A DNA stretch of 64,000 nt from an uncultured Desulfuromonadales bacterium (GTDB lineage Bacteria > Desulfobacterota > Desulfuromonadia > Geobacterales > CAIOGM01). The notes beneath the pieces were generated by a model. The model worked only from the letters and a program-made list of their open reading frames with translations. It was not told the origin of the DNA and searched no databases. The stretch covers positions 830 to 64,829 of the forward strand of contig CAIYUY010000021.1 in the NCBI GenBank assembly GCA_903929485.1. Reading direction: 5' to 3'. This document shows, one piece after another, positions 10,883 through 19,356 of this stretch; the first letter of the stretch is position 1, and each line of letters opens with the position of its first letter. The translations under genes and the position numbers were made by a program.

Positions 10883-11356
10883 ATGAGCGACGAGAGCCAG
10901 GTCTGTTATACCTTCGAAGCAGCGTTGGAAATGGCAATTCAGATGGAAAATGAAGGGTTCCGGGACTATCTGGACGCCATCAGGCGGGTCAGGGACAAGG
11001 CGGCGCGACGGATACTTAAAGATGCGGCGCTGGACGCACTGAAACACAAGCATTCGCTGGAAACGGCGCTGACTGAAGGGCAGCTCCAGGGCGCCAGCAT
11101 GGCCGAAAAAGTGCCCACCATGAATCTTGACTATATTCTGGCCAGGAAGCAGTTATCGGCGGAGTCCACCACCCGTGATGCGCTGGCCTACGCCATCCAT
11201 CTGGTGAACGGTTCCATCGACTTTTATCGGCGGATGGTAACCGGTTGCGAAGGGGCTCCCATGGCGCCGGTTTTCGCCAAGCTTCTGACCGAAGAGGCTC
11301 ATCATCTTCAGGATCTGGAAGATCTGTACGAGCAGCATTTTCTCACGGAAAACTAG
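10883..11356 (+). CDS. Ferritin-like / rubrerythrin-like di-iron domain protein
   Basis: Two helix pairs carry E..E/H-type motifs (QMENEGFRDY; TEEAHHLQDLE). AAGGAG precedes the ATG at 10883. Confidence 0.55.
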   Translation: MSDESQVCYTFEAALEMAIQMENEGFRDYLDAIRRVRDKAARRILKDAALDALKHKHSLETALTEGQLQGASMAEKVPTMNLDYILARKQLSAESTTRDALAYAIHLVNGSIDFYRRMVTGCEGAPMAPVFAKLLTEEAHHLQDLEDLYEQHFLTEN

Positions 11357-11448
11357 AACCTTTCCCCTCTCCTTCTCTCTGCGGGGACCCCCCTTTGCCG
11401 CGATGGTTCGCGGTATAAGGTTGTCCCCGCGGTGCCGGTTCCCTCCCC

Positions 11449-12048
11449 ATGATCGTCAAGCATACTGAATTCATCAAGAGCGCCACCAAGCCTGCTCATT
11501 ATCCGGAAGAGACACTGTCGGAGATCGCCTTTGCGGGGCGCTCCAACGTGGGAAAATCGTCCCTCATCAATGTGCTCGTCAACCGGAAGAATCTGGTCAG
11601 GACCAGCAACACCCCCGGACGGACCCAGCTCATCAATTTCTTCCGGATCAACAACAGCTTCACCTTTGTGGACCTGCCGGGGTACGGCTTCGCCAAGGTT
11701 CCCCTGGCGGTCAAGAAAGAGTGGGGGCCAATGATAGAGAGCTACCTTTCCCGGCGGGAAAATCTGCGGGGGGTGGTTCTCATCCTGGACATCCGGCGGA
11801 TCCCCTCCGACGAAGACCTGCAGATGCTGCAATGGCTCCGGGCCCGGGGGATTCCTCCCATCGTCGTGGTCACCAAGTGCGACAAACTCTCCAAGAATCA
11901 GCGGGCCAAGCAGGTGGCGGTGATCGCTCGCGAGATACGAATGGCGGCAAGTGAACTCCTTCTCTTCTCCGCCCTTTCCCGCGAGGGACTCGACCCCATC
12001 TGGGAGCGGATTGGGGAACTGGTGGGCTCCGAAGACGAGGAGAATTAA
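11449..12048 (+). CDS. engB: Ribosome-biogenesis GTPase YsxC/EngB
   Basis: [17 protein letters not shown] and DLPGYGF motifs are present. Confidence 0.95.
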   Translation: MIVKHTEFIKSATKPAHYPEETLSEIAFAGRSNVGKSSLINVLVNRKNLVRTSNTPGRTQLINFFRINNSFTFVDLPGYGFAKVPLAVKKEWGPMIESYLSRRENLRGVVLILDIRRIPSDEDLQMLQWLRARGIPPIVVVTKCDKLSKNQRAKQVAVIAREIRMAASELLLFSALSREGLDPIWERIGELVGSEDEEN

Positions 12049-12087
12049 AACCTCATGTGACTCGGGAGGAGGGAAGATCCAAACTGT

Positions 12088-12126
12088 AGGGGCGAAGCAA
12101 GCTTCATCTGCTTCGCCCTTCTTTTA
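12088..12126. terminator. Hairpin between convergent engB and the TPR gene
   Basis: GGGGCGAAGCA ... TGCTTCGCCC followed by TTCTTTT. Confidence 0.55.
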
Positions 12127-13692
12127 TCGTACCTGTAACAGCCGCCGGGCCTTAGCATTACCGTCGAAATTTCCCGAGATTTTTAACGCCGCCGCCAATT
12201 CGCGTTTTCCCTCTGCCTGGCTACCTCCCTTCAGGAGCGCCGCCCCATAATGGTAGCGGATTTCGGGAACCTGCGGCGCCCCCGTGGCGGCAAGTCGCAA
12301 CAGTGACATCGCTTGCTCCACCTTCCCCTGTTTAAAAAACACCCATCCCAGAGTATCCGCGGCTGCCGGGTCCCGAGGATTTTTGGCGTAAAGCTGATAG
12401 GCCAATTCAGCGGCCCTGTTCATGTCGTAACCATGCTCGGCGTGGAGGGAAGCAACATTGTTCATCACCACGGCGTCATGGGGTGCAAGTTTGAGGGCTT
12501 TCTCATAGCAGGGCAGGGCAGCCATGTACTCTTGGTGGACGATGTAGAGGTCGCCAAGGGTAATGAGAGGCAACGGCGAGACACTCTCCCGCGTCGCGGC
12601 ATCGGTAAGTATCGACTCGGCCTCTTTCCATCGCCCCTCGCCGTTGCGCATCAAAGCCAGTGACACCTTGAGTCCCGTATCCTCCGGATTACCCTTCAGG
12701 CCACTTTCAATCTCACGCCCGGCCTCGGCATATTCCCGGCGTTGGGTCAGCAGATTTATGAGCAATTTTCGTGTTTCCTGATCGGCAGGGTCATTACCCA
12801 CCACCACCCGGTACTGCCCAAGGGCGCGTTCTTCCTTATTCATTGCCAAGTAAACATCGGCAAGCAACAGGTGGGGGCCCCGAACCCGAGGGTCACGGCC
12901 CACGGCATCCTCCGCTATTTTTAGCGCCGCCACCTTCTCCCCCATGACCAAACAGAGCCGCCCCAATTCAACAGTGGCCTCATAGAGTTTCGGCTGGATA
13001 CGGATCGCCTCCCGGTAGGCCATGCGGGCTTCCGGAAAGTTGCCCAGTTGCCACTGGGAGCGCCCCAGCCAGAGGTGAGCCTCGTAATCACCCTGATTTT
13101 TCCCGATAGCGTTACGCAATTCCAGCGTCGCTTCGCGGTATTTTTCCTGTTTGTAGTACAGTTTTGCGCTCTCCGAATACCCCGAAGTTTCGTGATTCAC
13201 CTCCAGGAGCCTGAAGTGCCGCACTCCCCATCCACCTCCCCAAAAGAGACACACCACCCCCACCAGCGCGCAGAACTCAACAGTTTTCTTTTTGACCAGC
13301 CACCTGAAGAAGCTTGACTCGCCGTCACTCCAATCCTGTTGATTACGGTACGACCACCACGCGAGGGAAAGATCCATGGCCATTATGGCAAAGACGATCA
13401 GAGCGGCCAGCACTCCCCACCTCACGGCGCCGGGAGCTACCTTCCACCACTCCGCCATGTTTGGTAGCGCCAGGGTGTACTCCTGCATGAAGAGGGCAAC
13501 TCCGATGATGGCGACAGTTCCTCCCAGAAATGAAAGCTTGAACAGGTTCGTCCAGATCCACCATCCGAGAAAGGGCCACGTCTCGATATCGCTTTCCGTG
13601 ATATTCCGATAATACCAAGCAGTTTTCAGATCATAGGCCAGATAGCAGATGACAGCCAAAACCAGGAGCGACCAGAGGATAAAGGATGGCAT
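12124..13692 (-). CDS. Membrane-anchored TPR-repeat protein (paralog 1, two N-terminal membrane modules)
   Basis: Has two copies of a TM-DLxxAWxxYRN-TM module, then TPR repeats. The C-terminal ADTLGWVFFKQGK...IRYHYGAALLK resembles the paralog at 27431. Confidence 0.75.
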   Translation of the reverse strand: MPSFILWSLLVLAVICYLAYDLKTAWYYRNITESDIETWPFLGWWIWTNLFKLSFLGGTVAIIGVALFMQEYTLALPNMAEWWKVAPGAVRWGVLAALIVFAIMAMDLSLAWWSYRNQQDWSDGESSFFRWLVKKKTVEFCALVGVVCLFWGGGWGVRHFRLLEVNHETSGYSESAKLYYKQEKYREATLELRNAIGKNQGDYEAHLWLGRSQWQLGNFPEARMAYREAIRIQPKLYEATVELGRLCLVMGEKVAALKIAEDAVGRDPRVRGPHLLLADVYLAMNKEERALGQYRVVVGNDPADQETRKLLINLLTQRREYAEAGREIESGLKGNPEDTGLKVSLALMRNGEGRWKEAESILTDAATRESVSPLPLITLGDLYIVHQEYMAALPCYEKALKLAPHDAVVMNNVASLHAEHGYDMNRAAELAYQLYAKNPRDPAAADTLGWVFFKQGKVEQAMSLLRLAATGAPQVPEIRYHYGAALLKGGSQAEGKRELAAALKISGNFDGNAKARRLLQVR

Positions 13693-13725
13693 GAGATGCG
13701 ACCTCAGTTGAACGTTGAAAACGCG

Positions 13726-13760
13726 AAAGCCACCGAATGTATCCAGGTATCGGTGGCTTT
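13726..13760 (-). terminator. Terminator-like hairpin after the PEP-CTERM gene
   Basis: An 11-bp stem AAAGCCACCGA/TCGGTGGCTTT; only a weak T-run follows on the minus strand. Confidence 0.35.
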
Positions 13761-13804
13761 GCTGCTGTTATTTTGAGCGCATAGGCGAAAAGAATGGTTG
13801 CCGG

Positions 13805-14506
13805 TTACGCTGTTTTTTTCATCTTCATCCGGGCAAAACCTACAACGCCGAGTGCTATACTCAAGAGAATGTATGTAGAGGGTTCAGGGACGCTGTTTGT
13901 CAGTTCTTGTGAGACAGCGTACATATATGAAGCAGTGGTAGCAAGCTTGTTCGTATGTGTAATCCAGTAATCGCTGTTAATACTATCCGAGTACCCAAAA
14001 GTAACACGGGCGTCCCCAAGTTTTAATGAATTAATCGTGCCGTCAGCAGACGATCCAGTGAAAACTTGTGCGGTGGCGTCTATTGTTTTGTCAATGTGCA
14101 TATCAATTTTTACCGGTAAGGTCCCACTCCACAAACCTTTTGAACCTGTTGTCAGATTATCCGCCACAATAGTGCCGTCAACAAGATAGACCGGAACCGA
14201 AGTCCCATAACCTCCCACATTGTCTCTCGCACTAACCGTCGCAGTCGAACCAACCGCTGCCCACGTTACCACTTTACCGTTATAGGTCGAACTATCAGCA
14301 TTTAAATTTACGAAGCTATTGTAAGTGGCAATATCCGTCGATGTGGCCGTAGTAGTTCCACTTGTCAAGAAGATGTACCGAAACTTAGCGCCGGGCGCCA
14401 GACCGGTGGGTGTGCTGAGAACGACAGCCGCCATGGCCGGGATGGTACAGAAAAAAACAAGCGTAAGAGTTGCAAGTGCGACGAGACACTGGTTACGTTT
14501 CTTCAC
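13805..14506 (-). CDS. PEP-CTERM sorting-signal protein
   Basis: The C-terminus VPEPSTYILLSIALGVVGFARMKMKKTA is a PEP motif + TM + basic tail. A signal peptide follows GTG 14506 (AGGGGA RBS); ATG 14545 is an alternative start. Confidence 0.8.
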   Translation of the reverse strand: MKKRNQCLVALATLTLVFFCTIPAMAAVVLSTPTGLAPGAKFRYIFLTSGTTTATSTDIATYNSFVNLNADSSTYNGKVVTWAAVGSTATVSARDNVGGYGTSVPVYLVDGTIVADNLTTGSKGLWSGTLPVKIDMHIDKTIDATAQVFTGSSADGTINSLKLGDARVTFGYSDSINSDYWITHTNKLATTASYMYAVSQELTNSVPEPSTYILLSIALGVVGFARMKMKKTA

Positions 14507-14822
14507 GACTTTTTCCCCTGGTGCTAGTGATAAGTTATTCAACATATCTACAAGAAATACTCTCAAGTTTCCCGCAAAAAACGCAAGTACTTTATCCATA
14601 CACAAGAAATATGTCCACAAAAAACCGTTACTATGTACATATTTTATGAGGTCGGCATTTCTTTCCTGGCTATTTCATGCTACGTTTGATACTGCCGCCT
14701 GTACAAAACCGCAACTCTATCGTAATCGTCTTTTACCCCACTGAGGCGACATGAAAACTATTTTGCACCCAATCCCACGATTACAGGCCACAACTTGCAT
14801 GAGGAATTTCGGAGGGACCGTC

Positions 14823-15767
14823 ATGAAAGCCATCCTGCTCCGGATCATGGTACTCATCCTTGCTTTTGAAACCCCCGCTTTGGCTACTGAAATCCGCAAA
14901 GAACTACTGCCGGTGACGCCGAAAAAACGCGCCGTAACTGTCAGGAGCAAGATCAGAGGCGATCAGATCGTCGACTATCAGATACGGGCCAGCGCAGGGC
15001 AATCGATCGTCACCCTTCTCAAGTCGAGCAACCTGTCTGCATACTTCAACGTTCTGCCTCCCGATTCAGAATCGGCACTATTCATCGGCTCCGACTCGGG
15101 CAAGCGCTTCGTGGGAGAGTTCCCCTCCGATGGTGTCTACACGATCCGTGTCTACCTCATGCGCAACGCGGCCCGGCGCAACGAGACTGCACGCTATACG
15201 CTTACGGTGAGCAGTTCGGCCAAAACCAACAGCGCTGCGATCACTGCAAAGAATGCACCTGCGGCCAAGGGTTTCCACAAAAACTTTGAGATGCAAGGCA
15301 TCCGCTTCTCCGTTTCGTGTACGAATGAAGGCTCTATCAACACGCTTCGCATCATTCCCGATGGGCTCAAAATCAGCAATAAAGCTATCATACGTGAGAT
15401 TGATGGCACGGTGACCGGTGCGGAGGTGGCGGATCTTGATGCGGATGGTTCACCCGAGATCTATGTTTATGTCACTTCCGCGGGGAGTGGCTCGTACGGT
15501 ACTCTGGTGGCCTACTCGGCAAATCGTCTGAAATCGCTCAGTGAAATCTACCTGACGCCACTTATTGAGGACTTGGCTGCCTCAAAAGGCTACATGGGGC
15601 ATGACGAGTTTACCGTTCTTGAAGGTGTACTCGGTCGACGTTTTCCCGTCTACCGTGATACCGACACAAACGCCAAACCCACGGGTGGTATGCGGCAACT
15701 TCAATACAAGCTGACTCCGGGCGAGGCCGGCTGGATACTCAAGGTAGACAGAGTCGTCGAATATTAA
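14823..15767 (+). CDS. Exported hypothetical protein
   Basis: Signal peptide MKAILLRIMVLILAFETPALA after a GGAGGG RBS. No family is confidently recognised. Confidence 0.6.
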   Translation: MKAILLRIMVLILAFETPALATEIRKELLPVTPKKRAVTVRSKIRGDQIVDYQIRASAGQSIVTLLKSSNLSAYFNVLPPDSESALFIGSDSGKRFVGEFPSDGVYTIRVYLMRNAARRNETARYTLTVSSSAKTNSAAITAKNAPAAKGFHKNFEMQGIRFSVSCTNEGSINTLRIIPDGLKISNKAIIREIDGTVTGAEVADLDADGSPEIYVYVTSAGSGSYGTLVAYSANRLKSLSEIYLTPLIEDLAASKGYMGHDEFTVLEGVLGRRFPVYRDTDTNAKPTGGMRQLQYKLTPGEAGWILKVDRVVEY

Positions 15768-15899
15768 CGGTAGTCACAAATGCGCCGAGCGTGCGCCGAG
15801 CGGTAGAGTAGGGAGCAGGGATTACCCTCCACCCCCTCATCAAACCGGACAAGCAGTTTTCCCGCATCTTATGTGCAGCAGCGCATAATGTGCAAAGCA

Positions 15900-17014
15900 G
15901 GGGGACGCACATAAGTATATAAGTTTCTATTTAAGGAAAATTTGCCATGCCTCGACACTCTCGCATTGATAGTCCAGACGCTTTGCACCACATAATCTGT
16001 CGCGGAATCGAACGTGGTGAGATATTCAGCGACGACATTGATCGGGATGATTTAGTCACCCGATTAGGGGACATCTTGATCGAGACTTCGACACGCTGCT
16101 ACGCGTGGGCCTTGATTCCCAACCATTTTCATTTGTTACTCCGGACAGGAACTCTTCCGATAGCTAACGTCATGCAGCGTCTTCTTACCGGATACGCTAC
16201 TAAATTCAATATTCGACATAATCGCCATGGGCATCTGTTCGAGAATAGATACAAGTCGATCCTGTGCGAAGAAGAGCCTTACCTTTTGGAGTTGGTTCGC
16301 TATATCCATTTAAACCCATATCGAGCCGGCATCGTTTCTTCGCTTAAAGAGTTGCAGACCTACCGATATTGCGGCCACAGTCGTATACTCAGCCTAAATG
16401 TCGAGCCATGGATGAACGTAAAAGACGTTCTCAATCGGTTCGGTAGACGGATCGATGACTCCCGCAAGGCTTACGAACTCTTTATCGGCGAGGGAGTCGG
16501 TCAAGGCAAACGTAATGACCTTATTGGTGGTGGACTTCTTCGCAGCTCAGGTGGGTGGCGTGGAATCCTGACGGCGAGAGAGGCTGGAATCTTTCTTAAA
16601 AGTGATGAGCGGATACTCGGTAGCAATGACTTCGTTGAAGGTGTGCTTCATGCTACGGATGAAAAGTTAGAAATAATCGAGGGTTATCGCACTACGGGTA
16701 TCGATTTGGAGAGGCTCACCAGTATAGTTTCCAAGATGCTCGGGTGCGATGAGAATGATGTAGCAGCACCGGGTCGACAACCTCAGCGAGTCAGAGCCCG
16801 TAGCCTTTTCTGCTTTTGGGCGGTCCGTGAATTAGGGGTTAATGTGACAACCTTGGCCCGTAGATTTGGCTTGACCCAGCCTGCTATCAGTCTGGCGGTT
16901 ATCCGTGGCGAGAAAATGGCCGTAGAAAACGGCTGGAATCTGAAACAAGTTATTGATGCCGGCGGTAACTCTGCTGCTCGATGAGAGAAACTTATATACT
17001 TATGGGCGTCCCCC
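15900..17014 (+). mobile_element. RAYT/IS200-like unit: Y1 transposase gene bracketed by 29-bp inverted repeats
   Basis: The left arm GGGGGACGCACATAAGTATATAAGTTTCT (15900-15928) matches the reverse complement of 16986-17014 with 1 mismatch. Confidence 0.75.
15947..16984 (+). CDS. HUH/Y1 tyrosine transposase (REP-associated, IS200-like) with a C-terminal DnaA-C-like HTH
   Basis: HUH motif PNHFHLLL, catalytic-Tyr region VRYIHLNPYRAG, and a C-terminal FWAVRELGVNVTTLARRFGLTQPAIS. Confidence 0.8.
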   Translation: MPRHSRIDSPDALHHIICRGIERGEIFSDDIDRDDLVTRLGDILIETSTRCYAWALIPNHFHLLLRTGTLPIANVMQRLLTGYATKFNIRHNRHGHLFENRYKSILCEEEPYLLELVRYIHLNPYRAGIVSSLKELQTYRYCGHSRILSLNVEPWMNVKDVLNRFGRRIDDSRKAYELFIGEGVGQGKRNDLIGGGLLRSSGGWRGILTAREAGIFLKSDERILGSNDFVEGVLHATDEKLEIIEGYRTTGIDLERLTSIVSKMLGCDENDVAAPGRQPQRVRARSLFCFWAVRELGVNVTTLARRFGLTQPAISLAVIRGEKMAVENGWNLKQVIDAGGNSAAR

Positions 17015-17163
17015 TTTATATGTGTTGTTAGAGTTGGACAGGGTCAGAAGGGGACATCGTCACGACCGACATCGGTCGATTGCTGAAAACTGTCGGCAGC
17101 CGGATTGTTGTCGCGACCCAAAAAATGAGAATGTTTTGGATGTTGTATCGACAGGTAGTTGCG

Positions 17164-17180
17164 ATGTATATTCTATACAT
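17164..17180. promoter_or_regulatory. Perfect palindrome ATGTATA-TTC-TATACAT just upstream of the vapB RBS (possible operator)
   Basis: Read directly from the sequence. RHH antitoxins commonly autoregulate through such sites. Confidence 0.35.
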
Positions 17181-17197
17181 TACAGGAGGGGCATGTC

Positions 17198-17455
17198 ATG
17201 GCTACTACGCTGAAACGCACCCAGATGTATTTCCCCGATGATATGCTGCGGCAGATTCGTCAACTGGCAGATAACGAACATTTGTCTATTGCCGAAATAG
17301 TTCGTACTGCTGTCGGGGACTTTCTTGAAAAAAAGAAGAAAAAAAGCGTCGATTGGGATAATGATCCGCTCTGGGGAATCGTAGGTCAGGCAGCCTCAGA
17401 GGACGGTGACCTCTCTGTCAACCATGATGATTATCTTTATGGTGGCAAGCTATGA
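17198..17455 (+). CDS. vapB: RHH-type antitoxin
   Basis: AGGAGG RBS. MATTLKRTQMYFPDDMLRQIRQLADNEHLSIAEIVR. The stop overlaps the vapC ATG (ATGA). Confidence 0.8.
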   Translation: MATTLKRTQMYFPDDMLRQIRQLADNEHLSIAEIVRTAVGDFLEKKKKKSVDWDNDPLWGIVGQAASEDGDLSVNHDDYLYGGKL

Positions 17456-17853
17456 AACTGTTTGTCGACACCTCGGCATGGATGGCGCTGAATGACCTGA
17501 CGGACCAGCATCATGCCGTTGCAGTCGAAAAGTTTGCTCGCATCCGTTCGGAAAAGGTCGAGTTGATCACCAGCGACTATATCCTGGATGAAACTCTTAC
17601 CCTTATCCGTATGCGGACCTTTCATCGGGCGGCCATTGCCTTTGGCGACCTTCTTATGAATAGTGGTGTCGCCAGTTTGGTGTCGATTAGTGACGAGGTA
17701 CGCAGCGCTGCTTTTGTGCTGTTCAAAAAGTATGATGACAAGGATTTGAGTTTTACCGATTGTACCAGTTTTGCCCTGATGAAGCGGTTGAAGGTGCAGA
17801 CCGCTTTTACTTTCGATGGGCATTTTCAGCAGGTCGGGTTCATAATCTGGTAA
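17452..17853 (+). CDS. vapC: PIN-domain toxin
   Basis: MKLFVDTSAW..., ...SDYILDET..., SFTDCTSFALM show the PIN acidic residues. Confidence 0.9.
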   Translation: MKLFVDTSAWMALNDLTDQHHAVAVEKFARIRSEKVELITSDYILDETLTLIRMRTFHRAAIAFGDLLMNSGVASLVSISDEVRSAAFVLFKKYDDKDLSFTDCTSFALMKRLKVQTAFTFDGHFQQVGFIIW

Positions 17854-17876
17854 ATTTAGGACGCGGATAAACGCCG

Positions 17877-18221
17877 ATGCACGCGGATTTAAAACATGAA
17901 AACGTAACCGATGCTATCCTTTGCTGCTTCTATACCGTTTACAATGTCCTCGGGTATGGATTTCAGGAAAAGGTGTGTACGAAAATGCCCTGCAACATGA
18001 AATCACAAAACGAGGGCTTTCTGCGATAACTCAGTCTCCGATTTCTGTCCATTACGCCGGAACATGATGCGCAACTGTTGAATTATCTAAAAGCAACATC
18101 CATCGAAGTCGGATTACTCCTGAACTTCGGTCCAAAACCGGAATTCAGAAGGAAAGCCTTTGATAATGATCGAAAAAACCAGGAAGCAATTGAGTGGCCT
18201 CACTGCGAAGAAAGAGGTTGA
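17877..18221 (+). pseudogene. Decayed GxxExxY gene flanked by inverted repeats GGACGCGGATAAA (17859-17871) and TTTTATCCGCGTCC (18237-18250)
   Basis: MHADLKHENVTDAILCCFYTVYNVLGYGFQEKV is followed by a +2 frameshift at GTGTGT (the corrected frame reads YENALQHEITKRGLSAITQSPISVHY). An internal deletion follows, then EHDAQLLNYLKATSIEVGLLLNFGPKPEF. Confidence 0.8.
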
Positions 18222-18316
18222 TCCGCGTTTATCAGATTTTATCCGCGTCCAACGATTAAATTTTTCAAGTTCCTTAATGGTTTTTCCCGGATGGTATCCT
18301 GTATTTGCCGTGAATA

Positions 18317-18640
18317 ATGTTGGTTTTTGTGAAATCAGCGTATAGTTGTCAGGTCATGAGCGAACTCTCCGTCACGTTGCTCAAGCACCATCTGGCTGAA
18401 GAGAAGATTATTGACATCCTTGAACAGATTGCCGAAACGTTCAATGTAAGCGCGACTACTCTTGAGACGGTGACACGAACCTGGAAGATCAAGAGAAACT
18501 ATCGCTTTTCCTATTGGGACTGTCTTATCGTTGCCGCAGCACTGGAAAATGATTGTACCCTGCTTGCCAGTGAAGACCTTCAGAATGGTCAAATGCTCGA
18601 TAGGAAACTCAGGATTGTGAATCCGTTGGAGCAGAGGTAA
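18317..18640 (+). pseudogene. PIN-domain C-terminal fragment (5'-truncated vapC-like)
   Basis: YRFSYWDCLIVAAALENDCTLLASEDLQNGQ is a PIN C-terminal half. No N-terminal PIN half and no antitoxin are present. Confidence 0.55.
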
Positions 18641-18695
18641 GACACTACAGCACTTGGCAAATTACTCCCCGCCCCCACTACCCGCCCCCCCCAAG

Positions 18696-18839
18696 GTGAT
18701 TTGCGACAAAAAACATACCAACCGTCTGTCATCCCGAGCAACGCGAAGGATCTGCTTTTCAAACAGAAGCAGATTCTTCGCTATCGCTCAGAATGACATC
18801 TTTTAGAGTTATCAGGGTATTATCTTTGTCGCGAATCAC
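18696..18839. mobile_element. 144-bp MITE-like element, copy 1 (15-bp terminal inverted repeats, 5-bp CCAAG duplication)
   Basis: GTGATTTGCGACAAA...TTTGTCGCGAATCAC is flanked by ccaag (18691-95) and ccaag (18840-44). The second copy is at 61326-61469. Confidence 0.85.
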
Positions 18840-18911
18840 CCAAGGAATCGTTTGACATCCGCCCGGTGTACTGTTAAAAGGAAACCTACAATTTATCCTA
18901 TCGTACAGCTG

Positions 18912-19086
18912 CTTGCGTCGGTCTCCGGAGAGATCCGGGCCAACGCGAGTTAAAAGGGAAGAAGGTGAAAATCCTTTGCTGTCCCGCAACTGTGAACGGT
19001 GATGAAAGCCGCGAAGTACGCCGCTAATTCTTTCAGGAAGGCGCGACGAATTCAGTGACCCGTAAGTCCGGAAACCTGCGCGTTCG
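18912..19086 (+). promoter_or_regulatory. Cobalamin (B12) riboswitch
   Basis: GGTCTCC...GTTAAAAGGGAAGAAGGTGAAAATCC..GCTGTCCCGCAACTGTGA...GCCGCT..GGAAGGC...AGTCCGGAAACCTGC matches the B12-element core as I remember it. It lies upstream of cob genes. Confidence 0.8.
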
Positions 19087-19158
19087 ACCGTTTCACCAAG
19101 CACCCCAGCAGGAGAGGCGACGAAACCTGTCGGCCGTTGTCTCACCCCGGTTTTCGTA

Positions 19159-19189
19159 CCCCGTTTCTCCTGTGAGAATCGGGGTTTTT
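19159..19189 (+). terminator. Riboswitch expression-platform terminator
   Basis: CCCCGtTTCTC-ctgt-GAGAAtCGGGG followed by TTTTT; it ends 1 nt before the track ORF start at 19191. Confidence 0.65.
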
Positions 19190-19233
19190 CATGTCACGTA
19201 TCATCCTCATTACCGGCGGCGCCTCCCTCCTGA

Positions 19234-19356
19234 CCTGGTGGCTCCGCCGCTGGGATCACCGGCGACATCATCGGCTTCACCTGCGAACTGACCGAAACCG
19301 CCGTCCTGCTCCTCATCGTGGCGCTCTACCGGCAAGGGAGTATCAACCGACCATGA
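19234..19356 (+). pseudogene. cobS: C-terminal ~40-codon tail of cobalamin synthase (CobS-like)
   Basis: My translation in the frame that starts at 19234 (+1 relative to the track ORF at 19191) gives PGGSAAGITGDIIGFTCELTETAVLLLIVALYRQGSINRP*. The G-x-TGD-x-x-G...E...LL tail is CobS-like. Its TGA overlaps the cobC ATG (ATGA). Confidence 0.5.

Noticed and set aside
19191-19352. N-terminal 54 residues of track ORF 19191-19955
   Set aside because: The start abuts the riboswitch terminator. The Arg/His-rich sequence is the wrong frame of a cobS tail. The phosphatase domain begins at MTPKTRIYLIRHGE (19353).
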